64,000 bases of DNA from NCBI GenBank assembly GCA_963733295.1, contig CAVTCS010000003.1:2400001-2464000 (forward strand), given 5' to 3'. Below are positions 44,760 to 54,584 of this stretch, in pieces; position 1 is the stretch's first letter; every line of letters begins with the position of its first letter. The stretch comes from Vulcanimicrobiota bacterium (GTDB lineage: Bacteria > Vulcanimicrobiota > Vulcanimicrobiia > Vulcanimicrobiales > Vulcanimicrobiaceae). Below the pieces are notes generated by a model. That model was given only the letters and a program-made list of their open reading frames with translations. It was not told where the DNA came from and searched no databases. The translations under genes and the position numbers were made by a program.

Positions 44760-45734
44760 TTACGTTACTAATTTTCGGTTACCTCGCTGAGTGCTAAGTT
44801 CAATTGGCGGTGCGAAGCGGGGAAAGCGCATTTTGAAACGTTCGCCTATTTTAGCGGTGGCCAGTAACTGCTTGTCAGAAAGCAGAGAGATATCCGCGGC
44901 GATCATCGTTACGGAAAACGATACGAGCCCCATCGTTAGGGCGATCCCGACGTGGAGACAAACGCCGACGAAGACCAAGTATGGTTTCAAGCGACCGTTC
45001 CACATTAGGAATGGAAACGCCATCTGAAACGCAAGCGTGAAATACGTCAGCGCGGCAACTACCATGGCGTTATCGCTAACCAGACCAGACATCGTAGAAA
45101 ACAACGAGAAATGCTCGGATTTCAACACGTAATACATTGCCGTCCCGTTACGCCAAGAGGGACCGGCCAATTTATAAAAGACTGCCCACGAGTACACCAT
45201 GCAGATTTGCCAAGTGATCAAGAAGTACGCCGAGTTATGCAGCATATTGCCAATCGCCGCCACAAACGGCAGCACGCGCGGCGCCCGCAATCGAAAAAGC
45301 ACAAAGTAGCGAGATGTGTCGGCGAAACACAGCAAAAACGCCAGCAGGATCAGCAACGTGCGGCCACCGTCGAAATCGATCGCGATTCGCTGGACACCTG
45401 AATAGACGGAAACGACAAACAAGCAAGATGTGAAGCGCGGAAACACGCCCAGGGTGAAAGCGACTGCTACGGCCAGCGAAGCAAAGAATAAAACGTCGCC
45501 GGACTGAGTCGTCGTCGCGTACTTGTACAGATCGGTCGGACTCGGGGGCGAAACCCGCAGATAATCGGGATAATCTAGTTGCCCGGCTGGCCCCCACAAA
45601 ATCGAACGTGTAGGTAAGTTGCGAATGTAGCTCACAACCATGATCGACCCGAGCGCAACACGAAGGAAAGCGGCGCCCGCAAGACCCCCCTTACGTAGGG
45701 CGTAATTTTCGAAAAAGCTCCGCACGCTTATCAC
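44760..45734 (-). CDS. HTTM-domain membrane protein (SdpB-like)
   Basis: LWGPAG, DGG, QICMVY..YKLAGPSWRNGTA, LHVGIALTMGLVSFS..MI. Confidence 0.85.
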   Translation of the reverse strand: MISVRSFFENYALRKGGLAGAAFLRVALGSIMVVSYIRNLPTRSILWGPAGQLDYPDYLRVSPPSPTDLYKYATTTQSGDVLFFASLAVAVAFTLGVFPRFTSCLFVVSVYSGVQRIAIDFDGGRTLLILLAFLLCFADTSRYFVLFRLRAPRVLPFVAAIGNMLHNSAYFLITWQICMVYSWAVFYKLAGPSWRNGTAMYYVLKSEHFSLFSTMSGLVSDNAMVVAALTYFTLAFQMAFPFLMWNGRLKPYLVFVGVCLHVGIALTMGLVSFSVTMIAADISLLSDKQLLATAKIGERFKMRFPRFAPPIELSTQRGNRKLVT

Positions 45735-46396
45735 AGGCTTGTCACGTGTGGAATCGGACGCCAGCCGAGTTGCACTTCCATCGCGGAGTCCATGGCTTTC
45801 GGTTTCTCGCCCGCAGACGGAATATCGCGTGAATCGACCTCGATCTCCATGGCTGTGAGATGTCGAGACCCGGCGTATGCGAGAAGAATCATCGCCGACG
45901 TACGTTCGAGGACCACGCGTTGCTCAGAATTTGAGATTGCGTCGTGACGAGCGACGATCGTTTGGGCCGCGTGAAAGAGTCCCTCGGAAATCCGATCTAC
46001 GCCGAGGCCCGCCTTCGCGCTTTCGTCAATGAAATAGAGCGACGCATCGTACCACGGCGTCGTCTTATTATCGACTGTACGGCCTCTGACGAGCACGTGG
46101 AGATTGGCGTTCGCAACGTCGGGCGCGAAGAGCGACCAGCCTTGCCAGAGATGCGGTCCTCCGTATCTGTGCAAGACGGGCGAGAGGGCGTGTTTGATGG
46201 GATTGCTCGGCATATTAACCAACAGCACCATCGACGCATGAAATATTGTCAATGTCACTATCAACAGCAATGCAAGCACCATCAGGCAATGCTCGGAAAC
46301 GCGCGTGAAGGCGGCGCTGCTCACGTCGCTCCGGAGCACGCCGTAAGCCCGAGGATACCGGTTCCGATCGTGACGTGCGAACAAGGTCAGCGCCAT
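45731..46396 (-). CDS. DUF5819 / SdpA-like protein; start uncertain
   Basis: H..MVLLVNMPSNP..PHLWQGWSLFAPD; stop overlaps the HTTM gene start. Confidence 0.75.
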   Translation of the reverse strand: MALTLFARHDRNRYPRAYGVLRSDVSSAAFTRVSEHCLMVLALLLIVTLTIFHASMVLLVNMPSNPIKHALSPVLHRYGGPHLWQGWSLFAPDVANANLHVLVRGRTVDNKTTPWYDASLYFIDESAKAGLGVDRISEGLFHAAQTIVARHDAISNSEQRVVLERTSAMILLAYAGSRHLTAMEIEVDSRDIPSAGEKPKAMDSAMEVQLGWRPIPHVTSL

Positions 46397-46573
46397 GAGA
46401 GTCCCCTGGGAGCACTTAAAATCGAACATACGTTGCCGCGCAGTGCGGGATGGGTCAGCAAACAATCGCCGCTCAGATAAACCTGTTATTCACCTGGGTC
46501 CGACGACTATATTTTGAGTATTAGAACGTGCTAAACGCCAGAGCCAAACTTCCCGACTCACTGCACTTTTCGC

Positions 46574-46699
46574 TCGATGACGGAGTGATAAACATTTCGG
46601 CGCGCGGCTCTCACTTCCAACGCATTTTCAGATTGTCTCGCTCGCTCAAATTCATTCACGTGCTTCTTGAGTACGGTTTGTCGAGGCAACTCGAACGCA
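46574..46699 (+). repeat. ~125-bp non-coding imperfect direct repeat, copy A
   Basis: Shares GATAAACATTTCGGCGCG (18 bp), TCACGTGCTTCT and CGAACGCA colinearly with 49051..49170. Confidence 0.85.
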
Positions 46700-46949
46700 G
46701 ACTCGGCCTGTAGGTCCGCTGCCCCTGGGAAAAGCGCCGGCAAAACGGGCCGAGCGCCTGAACCCGCCGTGACGAATGTCCCGCTGTCAGGAGCTCCGTA
46801 GGCGCTGGAGGGACAAACGGCCTGACATCGGATTTTGCGCAGGAGCCGTGTACTACCAGGACGGATGCTCGATCACGGCGCTCGTGGGTGTTCGTCAATC
46901 GTCCCGCACGTCAACGAGTAGCTGTCTCTCGACCGAGGTCTCGGTTTAC

Positions 46950-47393
46950 GTGGTGCCAGCCCGCCACCATCTAAACGATACTTTGGCATCCGGCGTCGAT
47001 CAGCTGCGCCGACGCGCTTTCGCGTCCTGGGACAGCGGCCATATCGCGGTCTGTCTCCAACTGCTCGACCGAATTCCGTTCGCAGCACAAATGTCTGACA
47101 CAATTCTGCTGCGCGCGAAGGCTCTTCTACAGTCGGGAGACACTGCGACCGCGGAACGCTGGCTTATCGAGACGTTGTCTCGCCATCGAGATCTTGCTTC
47201 AAAGGCTTCGGCATTCACGCTTATCGGCGCGGCGCTGGCTGCTCTGGAATCATATGAACAAGCCGACCAGTGGTTCGAACTATCGGGTGTAATAAAGCTA
47301 GACGAATCGAGCGTAGCAGATGTTGCAGAATTAGCGGAGGTCACCGGTGGCCCCGTTTACTTCGGTCCTCGGGGAAGCTCGAGAGCGTGGTAA
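46950..47393 (+). pseudogene. Truncated paralog of the TPR-LuxR regulator (N-terminus only)
   Basis: WDSGHIAVCLQLLDRIPF..LLRAKALL aligns with WDDGEVTFCLQLLDEIPF..LLRARALL of 49557..51215. Confidence 0.7.
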
Positions 47394-47430
47394 CGGGTTT
47401 CGCGGAACCGGCCTTAAGAGACGAAAGCCG

Positions 47431-48891
47431 GTGAAGTCTGTGCCCGTGTCGCAAGGAGGTCGTCGCGTCGCGTCGGCGCCACGTCCGCGTGGAGCCCTCG
47501 AGCGCAAACGCGCGACTACCAAAAAGCGCGCAGAAACCTCAAATGTTTCCCTTGCGACGTGCGCGTACCGAGACTCAGAACTCGATCGCGCGATTTCCCT
47601 TATCGGAAAAGATCGGTCTCCGCAAGCTACGTTCCTCTTGGCCCGGACACTATCACGACTCGGGCGACCAAACGATGCGCTAGCTGAACTTACAGCGCTT
47701 CATGCGACTGCGCTCTCAGACCGGCAGAGAGCTGAGGCATGCATGCTCGAAGCGGCGATGCTAACGCGGCTGTGCGACTTTGACAGAGCGCGCACTGTTC
47801 TCGCGAGAGCTCTATCTCTCGCACGTTCGGTTCGCCACTTGGAGCTCACGTTGGACTGCCGCTATTATATTAGCGTGTGGCACATAGCAGCAAAACAAGT
47901 CGATAATGCAATCGTACAAAACCTGAGGGCCATCCGACTTGCCGAGGCTTCGGGCTTGCCGGAGGACAGCTCTTATCTGTATTCGACCGATCTAATGGTA
48001 TGCCGCCACTTAACGAGCCTTTCGTGTGCCTACGCGGGCAAGGGCGAGTATGACAAATGGGCCTACTTCGCTGAGGAATCGTTGCAACGTTACGACCGTT
48101 CGTTCACGCGCGACACTTGGGCCGAAGCTCTGTTTCTAGTAAACGTTGCGCATGTTTTTCGCGACAGCGACTCTCCGAGTATCACGGATGAACTCCTCGT
48201 CCGGGTAAGACACTTACCGAACTCCCAGCATCTAAACGGCCTACAAGTGTTCTGTTTTGCGGGACGTCGCACTGAACAAAGCCAGTCGCGGGGATGCTCT
48301 GGGAGCGTGGCGCCTCCTATTTGAAGCGAGTGAACTTTCTCTGACACCAGAATTCCAGATCCTTGTTGTCAACGGATCGGGCGGCGCTTGCGATGGCGCT
48401 CCAGAACCCAAACCGGGCTGCCGCAGAGTTTGACGCTGCACTCGAGTATGCTTCACGCGTCAACTGGGAGGTGGCGGCGTGGGATACGCGCTTAGCCCTT
48501 GTTTTGCTGGCACGAACAATCGCCTCCGCGAAGCCGAGGATCGCGCAAATTCTGCTTGACCGCTTTAGGTCGATTTCCTCGGACATGTCCGTCCTAAGTG
48601 CGGCTCGCGTCGACCCGCGTGTGCGCGCCGAGATCGCGATGACCGAAGGTGTCGTAGCGGGTGCGAATAGCCGACGGGACGAGGCCATAGGATTCTTGGC
48701 GGGAAGCCTTCACCTTTTGGAACTGTTCGCGTATCTTTGAGCGCCAAGCGGCGGAAACGGCGATCGAGCTCTTCTCTGTCTGCGGAAACGAACGTCTGCT
48801 CCAGCACGCCGAGACCTGGGCGCACTCATATCCCCTCTCTTATATTGCAAGTCGACTTCGCCAGGTAAAGCAACACACTGCACCTGCCTGA
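47431..48891 (+). pseudogene. TPR-like helical protein with three frameshifts
   Basis: Homology to 52598..53986 continues across frames at ~48250 (RDVALNKASRGDALGA), ~48365 and ~48700 (REAFTFW..AIEL..PLSYIA). Confidence 0.75.
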
Positions 48892-48965
48892 AAGTGCCAC
48901 ACCCCGTCAATTCATGCGTCGGGTCGAATTGTGGTACTAGCTGCAGCACGCCGCGGCGCGAGATC

Positions 48966-49053
48966 GTGTTGCCGGGCGCCTCGGATCCGACGCTCAACGT
49001 GTACGCGGAGGGTTCGAGCGACGACGACGCCGGCCGGTTGATCGGCGATATCG
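48966..49053 (+). repeat. 88-bp direct repeat, copy 2 (orphan fragment of the nucleotidyltransferase 3' end)
   Basis: Encodes [29 protein letters not shown] vs [29 protein letters not shown]. Confidence 0.9.
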
Positions 49054-49170
49054 ATGAGCGAGAGATAAACATTTCGGCGCGGATCTCACTCCCGACGCAT
49101 TTACAGATAACCTCGCTAACCCAAACCGAGTCACGTGCTTCTAGAACGGCTTTGGGGGCAACCGAACGCA
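49051..49170 (+). repeat. ~120-bp non-coding imperfect direct repeat, copy B
   Basis: See copy A at 46574..46699. Confidence 0.85.
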
Positions 49171-49397
49171 AGTGCGTTTGCCGAACGTTGATGGATCCTC
49201 TCAGTCGAGAGTATCCACGAAACCGGGTCACCTCCAACCCGCCACAAGAGTGGATGAACTGAGACTTCCGCTGGATGGAACGATCTTGCGGCGTGATAAA
49301 CGTCCCGCGATCATCCAAAGAGACCATCAAGTCTTTCGGCACTTTAACGATCTCCGCACGAAACGCGAGCCGACACGTGGGGAACTCGCGGGTGGGG

Positions 49398-49413
49398 CGG
49401 GACAATTGTCCCG
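49398..49413. promoter_or_regulatory. Perfect 16-bp palindrome, candidate operator
   Basis: CGGGACAATTGTCCCG about 145 bp upstream of the LuxR-type gene. Confidence 0.5.
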
Positions 49414-49556
49414 TTTCTGCGGCTCGCGCCATCCACGAGAAATATTGCTTGGGAAACACGCAGGAGACCGTCCAAGGCACGACGGATTTCTGGCCCACCG
49501 CTGCCGGTCTGTGTTTCTAGTGCAACCGCTGGTTCTTACTCTCTAAGCGGAGCTGA

Positions 49557-51215
49557 ATGGAAGCAGCACGTCACCAGTCAACAGTTGATGGGCTGTCCAA
49601 GACGGAGCAGCTGTTCCATCGTGCGCGTACATGTTGGGACGATGGCGAAGTAACGTTCTGCCTTCAGTTGCTCGATGAGATCCCGTTTGACGCGCATGTC
49701 TCGGAAACAGCGCTCCTGCGCGCGCGTGCGCTCCTGCACCAAGGGAACTCAGCCTCCGCGGAGGTCTGGCTTCTCGATACCCTCGGAAGGCACTCCGACG
49801 CTGCGTCCAAGGCGATCGCGCTTGCGCTCATCGGCCAGTCGCTGTTCACCGCCGGCGATCACAAGGAAGCGGAACGGTGGCTGAAGCGTGCGGGTGACTT
49901 AGCCTCAACCGACTCAATTCGCGCGGAAATCGCCTATCTTCAATCTGAATGTGCCTTAACGCGCCACGAGTCCTCAGGTCAGACCGACAGAGGAGCACTT
50001 TCAGTCGCGCGACAGTCAGCACTTTGCGCATTACGTTACGGCGGAAATGGCATTTTGTCTGCTCGCGCTCACGCAGTTCTGGCTAGCATTGCCATCGCCG
50101 GTGCAGACGATGAAGCGGCAAGGCAAGAGTTCCTCAAAGCTATCGAGGTGCTCGGGGCTTCGTCGGCGGCCGACGCTCATCTTCGCGCGTCTCTCGTTCA
50201 CGCTGTCTCGATAATTGAGGCTGAGGTCAAAGGCGTGGCGCCGCAAGCTCTTAGCACCGAACTGGCCCGCGTGGTCTGGGCGCCTGACCTCAGTGGGTTG
50301 AGAATCCAAACGCTTTGCAACATCGGGATCGCTCATCAACGGCTCGCGTCATACTCTGTTGCGGCAGAGTGCTTCATGCTCGCCACTGAAATCTCTCCGG
50401 ATCCCGCCTGGGCGCTTTCCGGTTTAGCACATTGCATGACCCTTGCTGTATATTGCGGCGAGCTCATCAGCGCTGGAGCACTCGCTACCTCAGCCGCTTG
50501 CGCAATGCGACGGGTTGAGTGGGAGCATGCGACCGACGAGCAATGCGAGGGATTACTGCTCTTCGCGCATGCTCTGTGTCGACTAGGCGACGACGAACTA
50601 GCTAAGACCGCCTGGGACCTCTTCGCCTGCGACAAAACGTCGGGTGCACTGCGCGCCAAAGCCTTGCGCCATAGCGGTATGACGCATCAAGGCCCGCTGC
50701 GGGCGCGGGCAATGCGCCGTCACGCCGCGGGTTTGGTCGCAATAGCTACGGGCGACAGGCTTGCCGCCGGCGAGTTGCTCGCCGCGGCCAAGCGTGATTG
50801 GTTAGACCTCCGTTACCATTGGCGTGCATCCGAAGCAGCGTCAGATATGAGCCAACTCGCGAGAAAGGAACCGGTCGATGCTGCGAGGCCCGTGGATGCC
50901 GCACGTTCCAGTTCGTGGCCAGCTGGAGAGCTAATCCGCAGTGGTGTGCCCGCGGCGCTGCTCACCTCGCGCCTATCGGCCCGCGATCGGCAGATTCTCA
51001 AGATGGTGCTGAGCGGGCTGACCGATCCAGAGATAGCGTCTCGCTGCAACATTTCGGCTAAGACAGTTCGCAATATCGTGCATGGATTTTACGGCATCTT
51101 TGGCGTCCATAAGCGATCGCAACTGATCGCTAGGTGTCTAAGTGCCGAAGCAGGCTCGTTTGAGACCTCAGAGCAGGGCCGTAGCACTTCCTCAGCGGGG
51201 CAAATCGATGTCTGA
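49557..51215 (+). CDS. TPR-like sensor domain plus C-terminal LuxR HTH regulator
   Basis: LSARDRQILKMVLSGLTDPEIASRCNISAKTVRNIV..FGVHKRSQL. Confidence 0.85.
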   Translation: MEAARHQSTVDGLSKTEQLFHRARTCWDDGEVTFCLQLLDEIPFDAHVSETALLRARALLHQGNSASAEVWLLDTLGRHSDAASKAIALALIGQSLFTAGDHKEAERWLKRAGDLASTDSIRAEIAYLQSECALTRHESSGQTDRGALSVARQSALCALRYGGNGILSARAHAVLASIAIAGADDEAARQEFLKAIEVLGASSAADAHLRASLVHAVSIIEAEVKGVAPQALSTELARVVWAPDLSGLRIQTLCNIGIAHQRLASYSVAAECFMLATEISPDPAWALSGLAHCMTLAVYCGELISAGALATSAACAMRRVEWEHATDEQCEGLLLFAHALCRLGDDELAKTAWDLFACDKTSGALRAKALRHSGMTHQGPLRARAMRRHAAGLVAIATGDRLAAGELLAAAKRDWLDLRYHWRASEAASDMSQLARKEPVDAARPVDAARSSSWPAGELIRSGVPAALLTSRLSARDRQILKMVLSGLTDPEIASRCNISAKTVRNIVHGFYGIFGVHKRSQLIARCLSAEAGSFETSEQGRSTSSAGQIDV

Positions 51216-52598
51216 TGGACCGATCGTTCAACGACGAGGAACTCCCCGCTTTGCGCAGGCGGTCGATACATTTCGCCGAGCGGAGTTCGACCAGACGCTA
51301 GCGCTGATCGCCGGCGATCAGTCGACGCAAGCCTCGCTTTTATTGGCTCGGACCCTAATGAAGCTCGGTCAGATATCGGAGGCGATCTCGTGCCTCCGCG
51401 CGACGGAAACGGCAGGGCTAGACACCGAGTCCAGCGCCGAACTCCGCCTCCTTGAAGGAATAGCGCTCACTCGAGGCCGGCGCGGCAACAGCGGCTATGC
51501 GGTGCTGAACGAAGCCATCGAACTTGCCAAACTATCCGATTGTTTCGAGCTCCAGCTGGAATGTGATTACTATATTGCTCTTTGGCACTGGACCGAACGC
51601 AATGTCGGCGACGCTGAAGAGACTATTGAAGCATCGCTGCGGTTTGCCCACAACTCAAGGCTTCAGGGCGATCCGACTTACATCTACACTCCGTCAATGC
51701 TAGTCAGCCGTGACCTATTGCTGCTAGCGCTAACGCACGGCTCCCGTGGACAATATCGTGCCATGGCCGAATTCACGATCGACGCGCTTAACCGATACGA
51801 CGCGGGTTCAAAGCGCGACGCCCATCACGAAGCTGTCATCGTCGAAGCGCTTTCCGTTTTTATGCGAGACTCTTCCGTCCAGGTTGGGACGCCCGACAGT
51901 TTCCTCCAACGTTTGGCAGATTGGCCAGACTCTCCGTATACGCTACATCAACGCTTTGCTATAGTTCGAAATGTCGCGCTGGCTAAGGCGCATGCTAACG
52001 ATAACCTCGGTGCCGCGCGCCTGCAGAAAACCCTCGCTTCTCTCGCGTTTAGCGAAGTGTCCCGCTTTGTCGCAGCGGTCGATATGGGCGACCTCTACTA
52101 TGAGATCAATGAACCCCAAAAGGGGACACACGAACTCCGTTCCGCGATCGATCGCTCGCGGCGTTGCGACTGGCGGAACGAACCTGGCTCTCAGGACTAC
52201 CTGCTATACGCTGCTAGGGTCGCTGCACGAATCTGCCCTGAAGCGGCGCGGCCCATGCTCGACCAATTCGCGGAAATCTCGGGCCTTAGCCGCGGTTCCG
52301 ATAGCCCCCCGACCCTAGGCTAGAGGCGGAGATCGTTATGACCGAAGGGCTCGTCGCCAAACGTGAGGGACGTGCGGCCGAGGCTATCGCTCACTTGCGC
52401 CAAGCGTTCGACGCCTGGCGGACCCTTGATATCTTTCCTGTATACGAGATCGAGACTGGCCTCGCGTTAGCCGAGCTGACTCGCGATTCGCGCCTATTGC
52501 TCGCCCTTGAACCGCGCATTTCGCAAAAACCGCCTTCTCGTGCCGTTCGTGATTTTACGCGTCTGAGAAAGCAGCTCGGGGCCTCCACTTCACCCTGA
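51208..52598 (+). pseudogene. TPR-like helical protein with a single frameshift at a C6 tract
   Basis: Frame breaks at 52305..52310; alternate frame gives DPRLEAEIVMTEG, matching paralogs (DPRVRAEIAMTEG). Confidence 0.7.
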
Positions 52599-53986
52599 TG
52601 AGTTCAGATCACTCGAGCGAACTCACTGGAATGGTCAGCGCTCACGGTGCCAGAGCAAGTTTTCTCAGTGGCGACTACGAAGTCGCGCTGTCGGCGGCGC
52701 TCGACAGTGGAAGGGCCTTTATAGCGGTCAGAGCTCTCATACGACTTCAACGATATGATGAAGCAATCGCGTCTCTTCGTTCGTTGGACCGATCGGCCTC
52801 GGCGAAGGTTCGAGCAGAGTTCCTTCTGTTGCGCGGCCAGGCTTTGACGCTGATGGGCAGATTTGCGGAAGCCAAAGATGCTTTGAACGTTGCGCACGGA
52901 CTCGCGAACGACGCATCGCACCTCGAATTGTTGGTCGAAATTCGCTACAGGCTCGGGATCTTAGCGATTCAGCAGGGGTATGCAAGGCCCGCATTGTGCG
53001 CATTCAAGACCGGTATTCGTATGGCCCGGGCCTCCGGATTTCACCGCGACTCGCAGTATTTCTACTCGGTTGACAACGTCCTGGTTCAGCACTTTCGAGG
53101 CGCTGCTTGTTGCAGCGCGATGATTGGCGACTATGAATCCATGATTAGGTTTGACCTTGAAGGTGCCGAGACTGCGGATACACTCCGCGAGACCGATATC
53201 TGCCATCAGCTCTTGGTTGTTGCGGCACTCTCGGTCTTGGCTCGCGACACCGACGTTGAGGAGATTTCGCCCGACTCCGTATTGGAGAGGTGGGTATCGC
53301 TGCCGAGGGCCCCTGAGATCTTACGATTCGACGCCGGCATGCACCGTAACGTTGCGATAGCCAAGGCTGCTCGCGGAGACGTGCTTGGCGCGTTGCGGGT
53401 CCTGAAGGCGAGCATTCAAAGTCCTTCCCCAATCGAGGATCGCATCTTCGCAATTGTCGAATCAGCACGGCTAGCCTGGATGCTAGATAGAAGTAGCTCG
53501 GCTGCTCGTGATTTTGACTGCGCGCTGGAACTGGCCTCGCGTGTCGATTGGGACAAAGTTACGACCGACCATCGCTTTTCGCTTCTTGCGTTGTCCCAAA
53601 TGGCCGCCAAGCGACAACCGCGTGTGGCGAGGATTCTCTTAACGCGTTTCCAGCGCATCACGAGCGAGCTCGACTGGAACTCAGGCGCGCGTTTCGACCC
53701 CCGTGCAGTTATTGACACCACGCTTACAGAGGGCATCGTCGCAAAAGGCGAGGGGAATCTTGCCCTTGCCGAGGTGCTGCTACGTAAAGCCTTCGAGTTC
53801 TATAAGGCTGCGAGGGTCTTCGGCCGTTTGACTGCGGAGATTGCGATCGAACTAGCGGAGATCACCGGAGAGCCAGCTTTGTTCAACGTTGCTCACGAAT
53901 GGGTCTCAACGCGACCAGATTCATATGTCGCTTTGTTACTCCATCGGACCGAGCAGTCTGCTGCTGGACTTTCCGCTTCTGCCTAA
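52598..53986 (+). CDS. TPR-like helical protein without HTH
   Basis: TGATG coupling; GDVLGALRVL, VDW, DPR..TEG, IELAEITGE, PDSYVA. Confidence 0.75.
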   Translation: MSSDHSSELTGMVSAHGARASFLSGDYEVALSAALDSGRAFIAVRALIRLQRYDEAIASLRSLDRSASAKVRAEFLLLRGQALTLMGRFAEAKDALNVAHGLANDASHLELLVEIRYRLGILAIQQGYARPALCAFKTGIRMARASGFHRDSQYFYSVDNVLVQHFRGAACCSAMIGDYESMIRFDLEGAETADTLRETDICHQLLVVAALSVLARDTDVEEISPDSVLERWVSLPRAPEILRFDAGMHRNVAIAKAARGDVLGALRVLKASIQSPSPIEDRIFAIVESARLAWMLDRSSSAARDFDCALELASRVDWDKVTTDHRFSLLALSQMAAKRQPRVARILLTRFQRITSELDWNSGARFDPRAVIDTTLTEGIVAKGEGNLALAEVLLRKAFEFYKAARVFGRLTAEIAIELAEITGEPALFNVAHEWVSTRPDSYVALLLHRTEQSAAGLSASA

Positions 53987-54076
53987 GGGAAGGGCGTCGA
54001 GCAACGGAGCAACTTCGAGTTCGACCCTCGAAGCCAACCAAAATGTCTGCGCTCGGTGCTGCTGCGGCCGCGGCCG

Positions 54077-54520
54077 CTAGCTAATACCGGCCCCGCTTAA
54101 CGCGGCGCCGTCGAAGCCGGCGGCGGTCCACAGCGTCTTGACCGTGTTTACATCGCCGACGACGGTGACGAGCTGGCGCAGTCGATCGAGATCGGCTTTC
54201 CGGTCGGTGTCCATAAGCGGAATCTCGGACTTCTGCGCCGCGTCGGCCTGAAGGCTTGCCAGCGTATCGGGATCCAGCTTGGCCGAGACCCACGCGTTCG
54301 TGTCGAGGATGACGGCGTAGAGCGCCTCTTCGGGCGTCGTGTCACGCCAGTCGCGGTCGTCGGTCACGATCGGGAACGCCACGGAATTCCCGCCCTTGGA
54401 AATCACAAGCGAGTGGCCCGACGAGGCCTTTGCCAGCGTCAAGCCGGCGTTTCGGGCGGCTTCGCCAACGCGGGCGCAGGTCGTACGAAACTGCTGCATC
54501 GGATCGCTCGACATGCTCAT
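54077..54520 (-). CDS. Hypothetical protein
   Basis: GAGGAGGT RBS, core-like codon usage. Confidence 0.7.
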   Translation of the reverse strand: MSMSSDPMQQFRTTCARVGEAARNAGLTLAKASSGHSLVISKGGNSVAFPIVTDDRDWRDTTPEEALYAVILDTNAWVSAKLDPDTLASLQADAAQKSEIPLMDTDRKADLDRLRQLVTVVGDVNTVKTLWTAAGFDGAALSGAGIS

Positions 54521-54584
54521 ACCTCCTCGCTCTAAGACCAGGTAGTTTTTCTCGCTTGCCTGCTCCAACCCATGCGAGCGGCTC

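Larger units (their letters stand above)
42038..54050. mobile_element. Putative genomic island or variable locus (no integrase seen)
   Basis: Visibly lower GC and atypical codons, duplicated target-gene end, pseudogenes, accessory genes; right boundary approximate. Confidence 0.6.

Noticed and set aside
48710..49498. 262-aa minus-strand ORF (and 48894..49262 on plus)
   Set aside because: Runs across a pseudogene end, the orphan gene fragment and a non-coding repeat; a composite of scars
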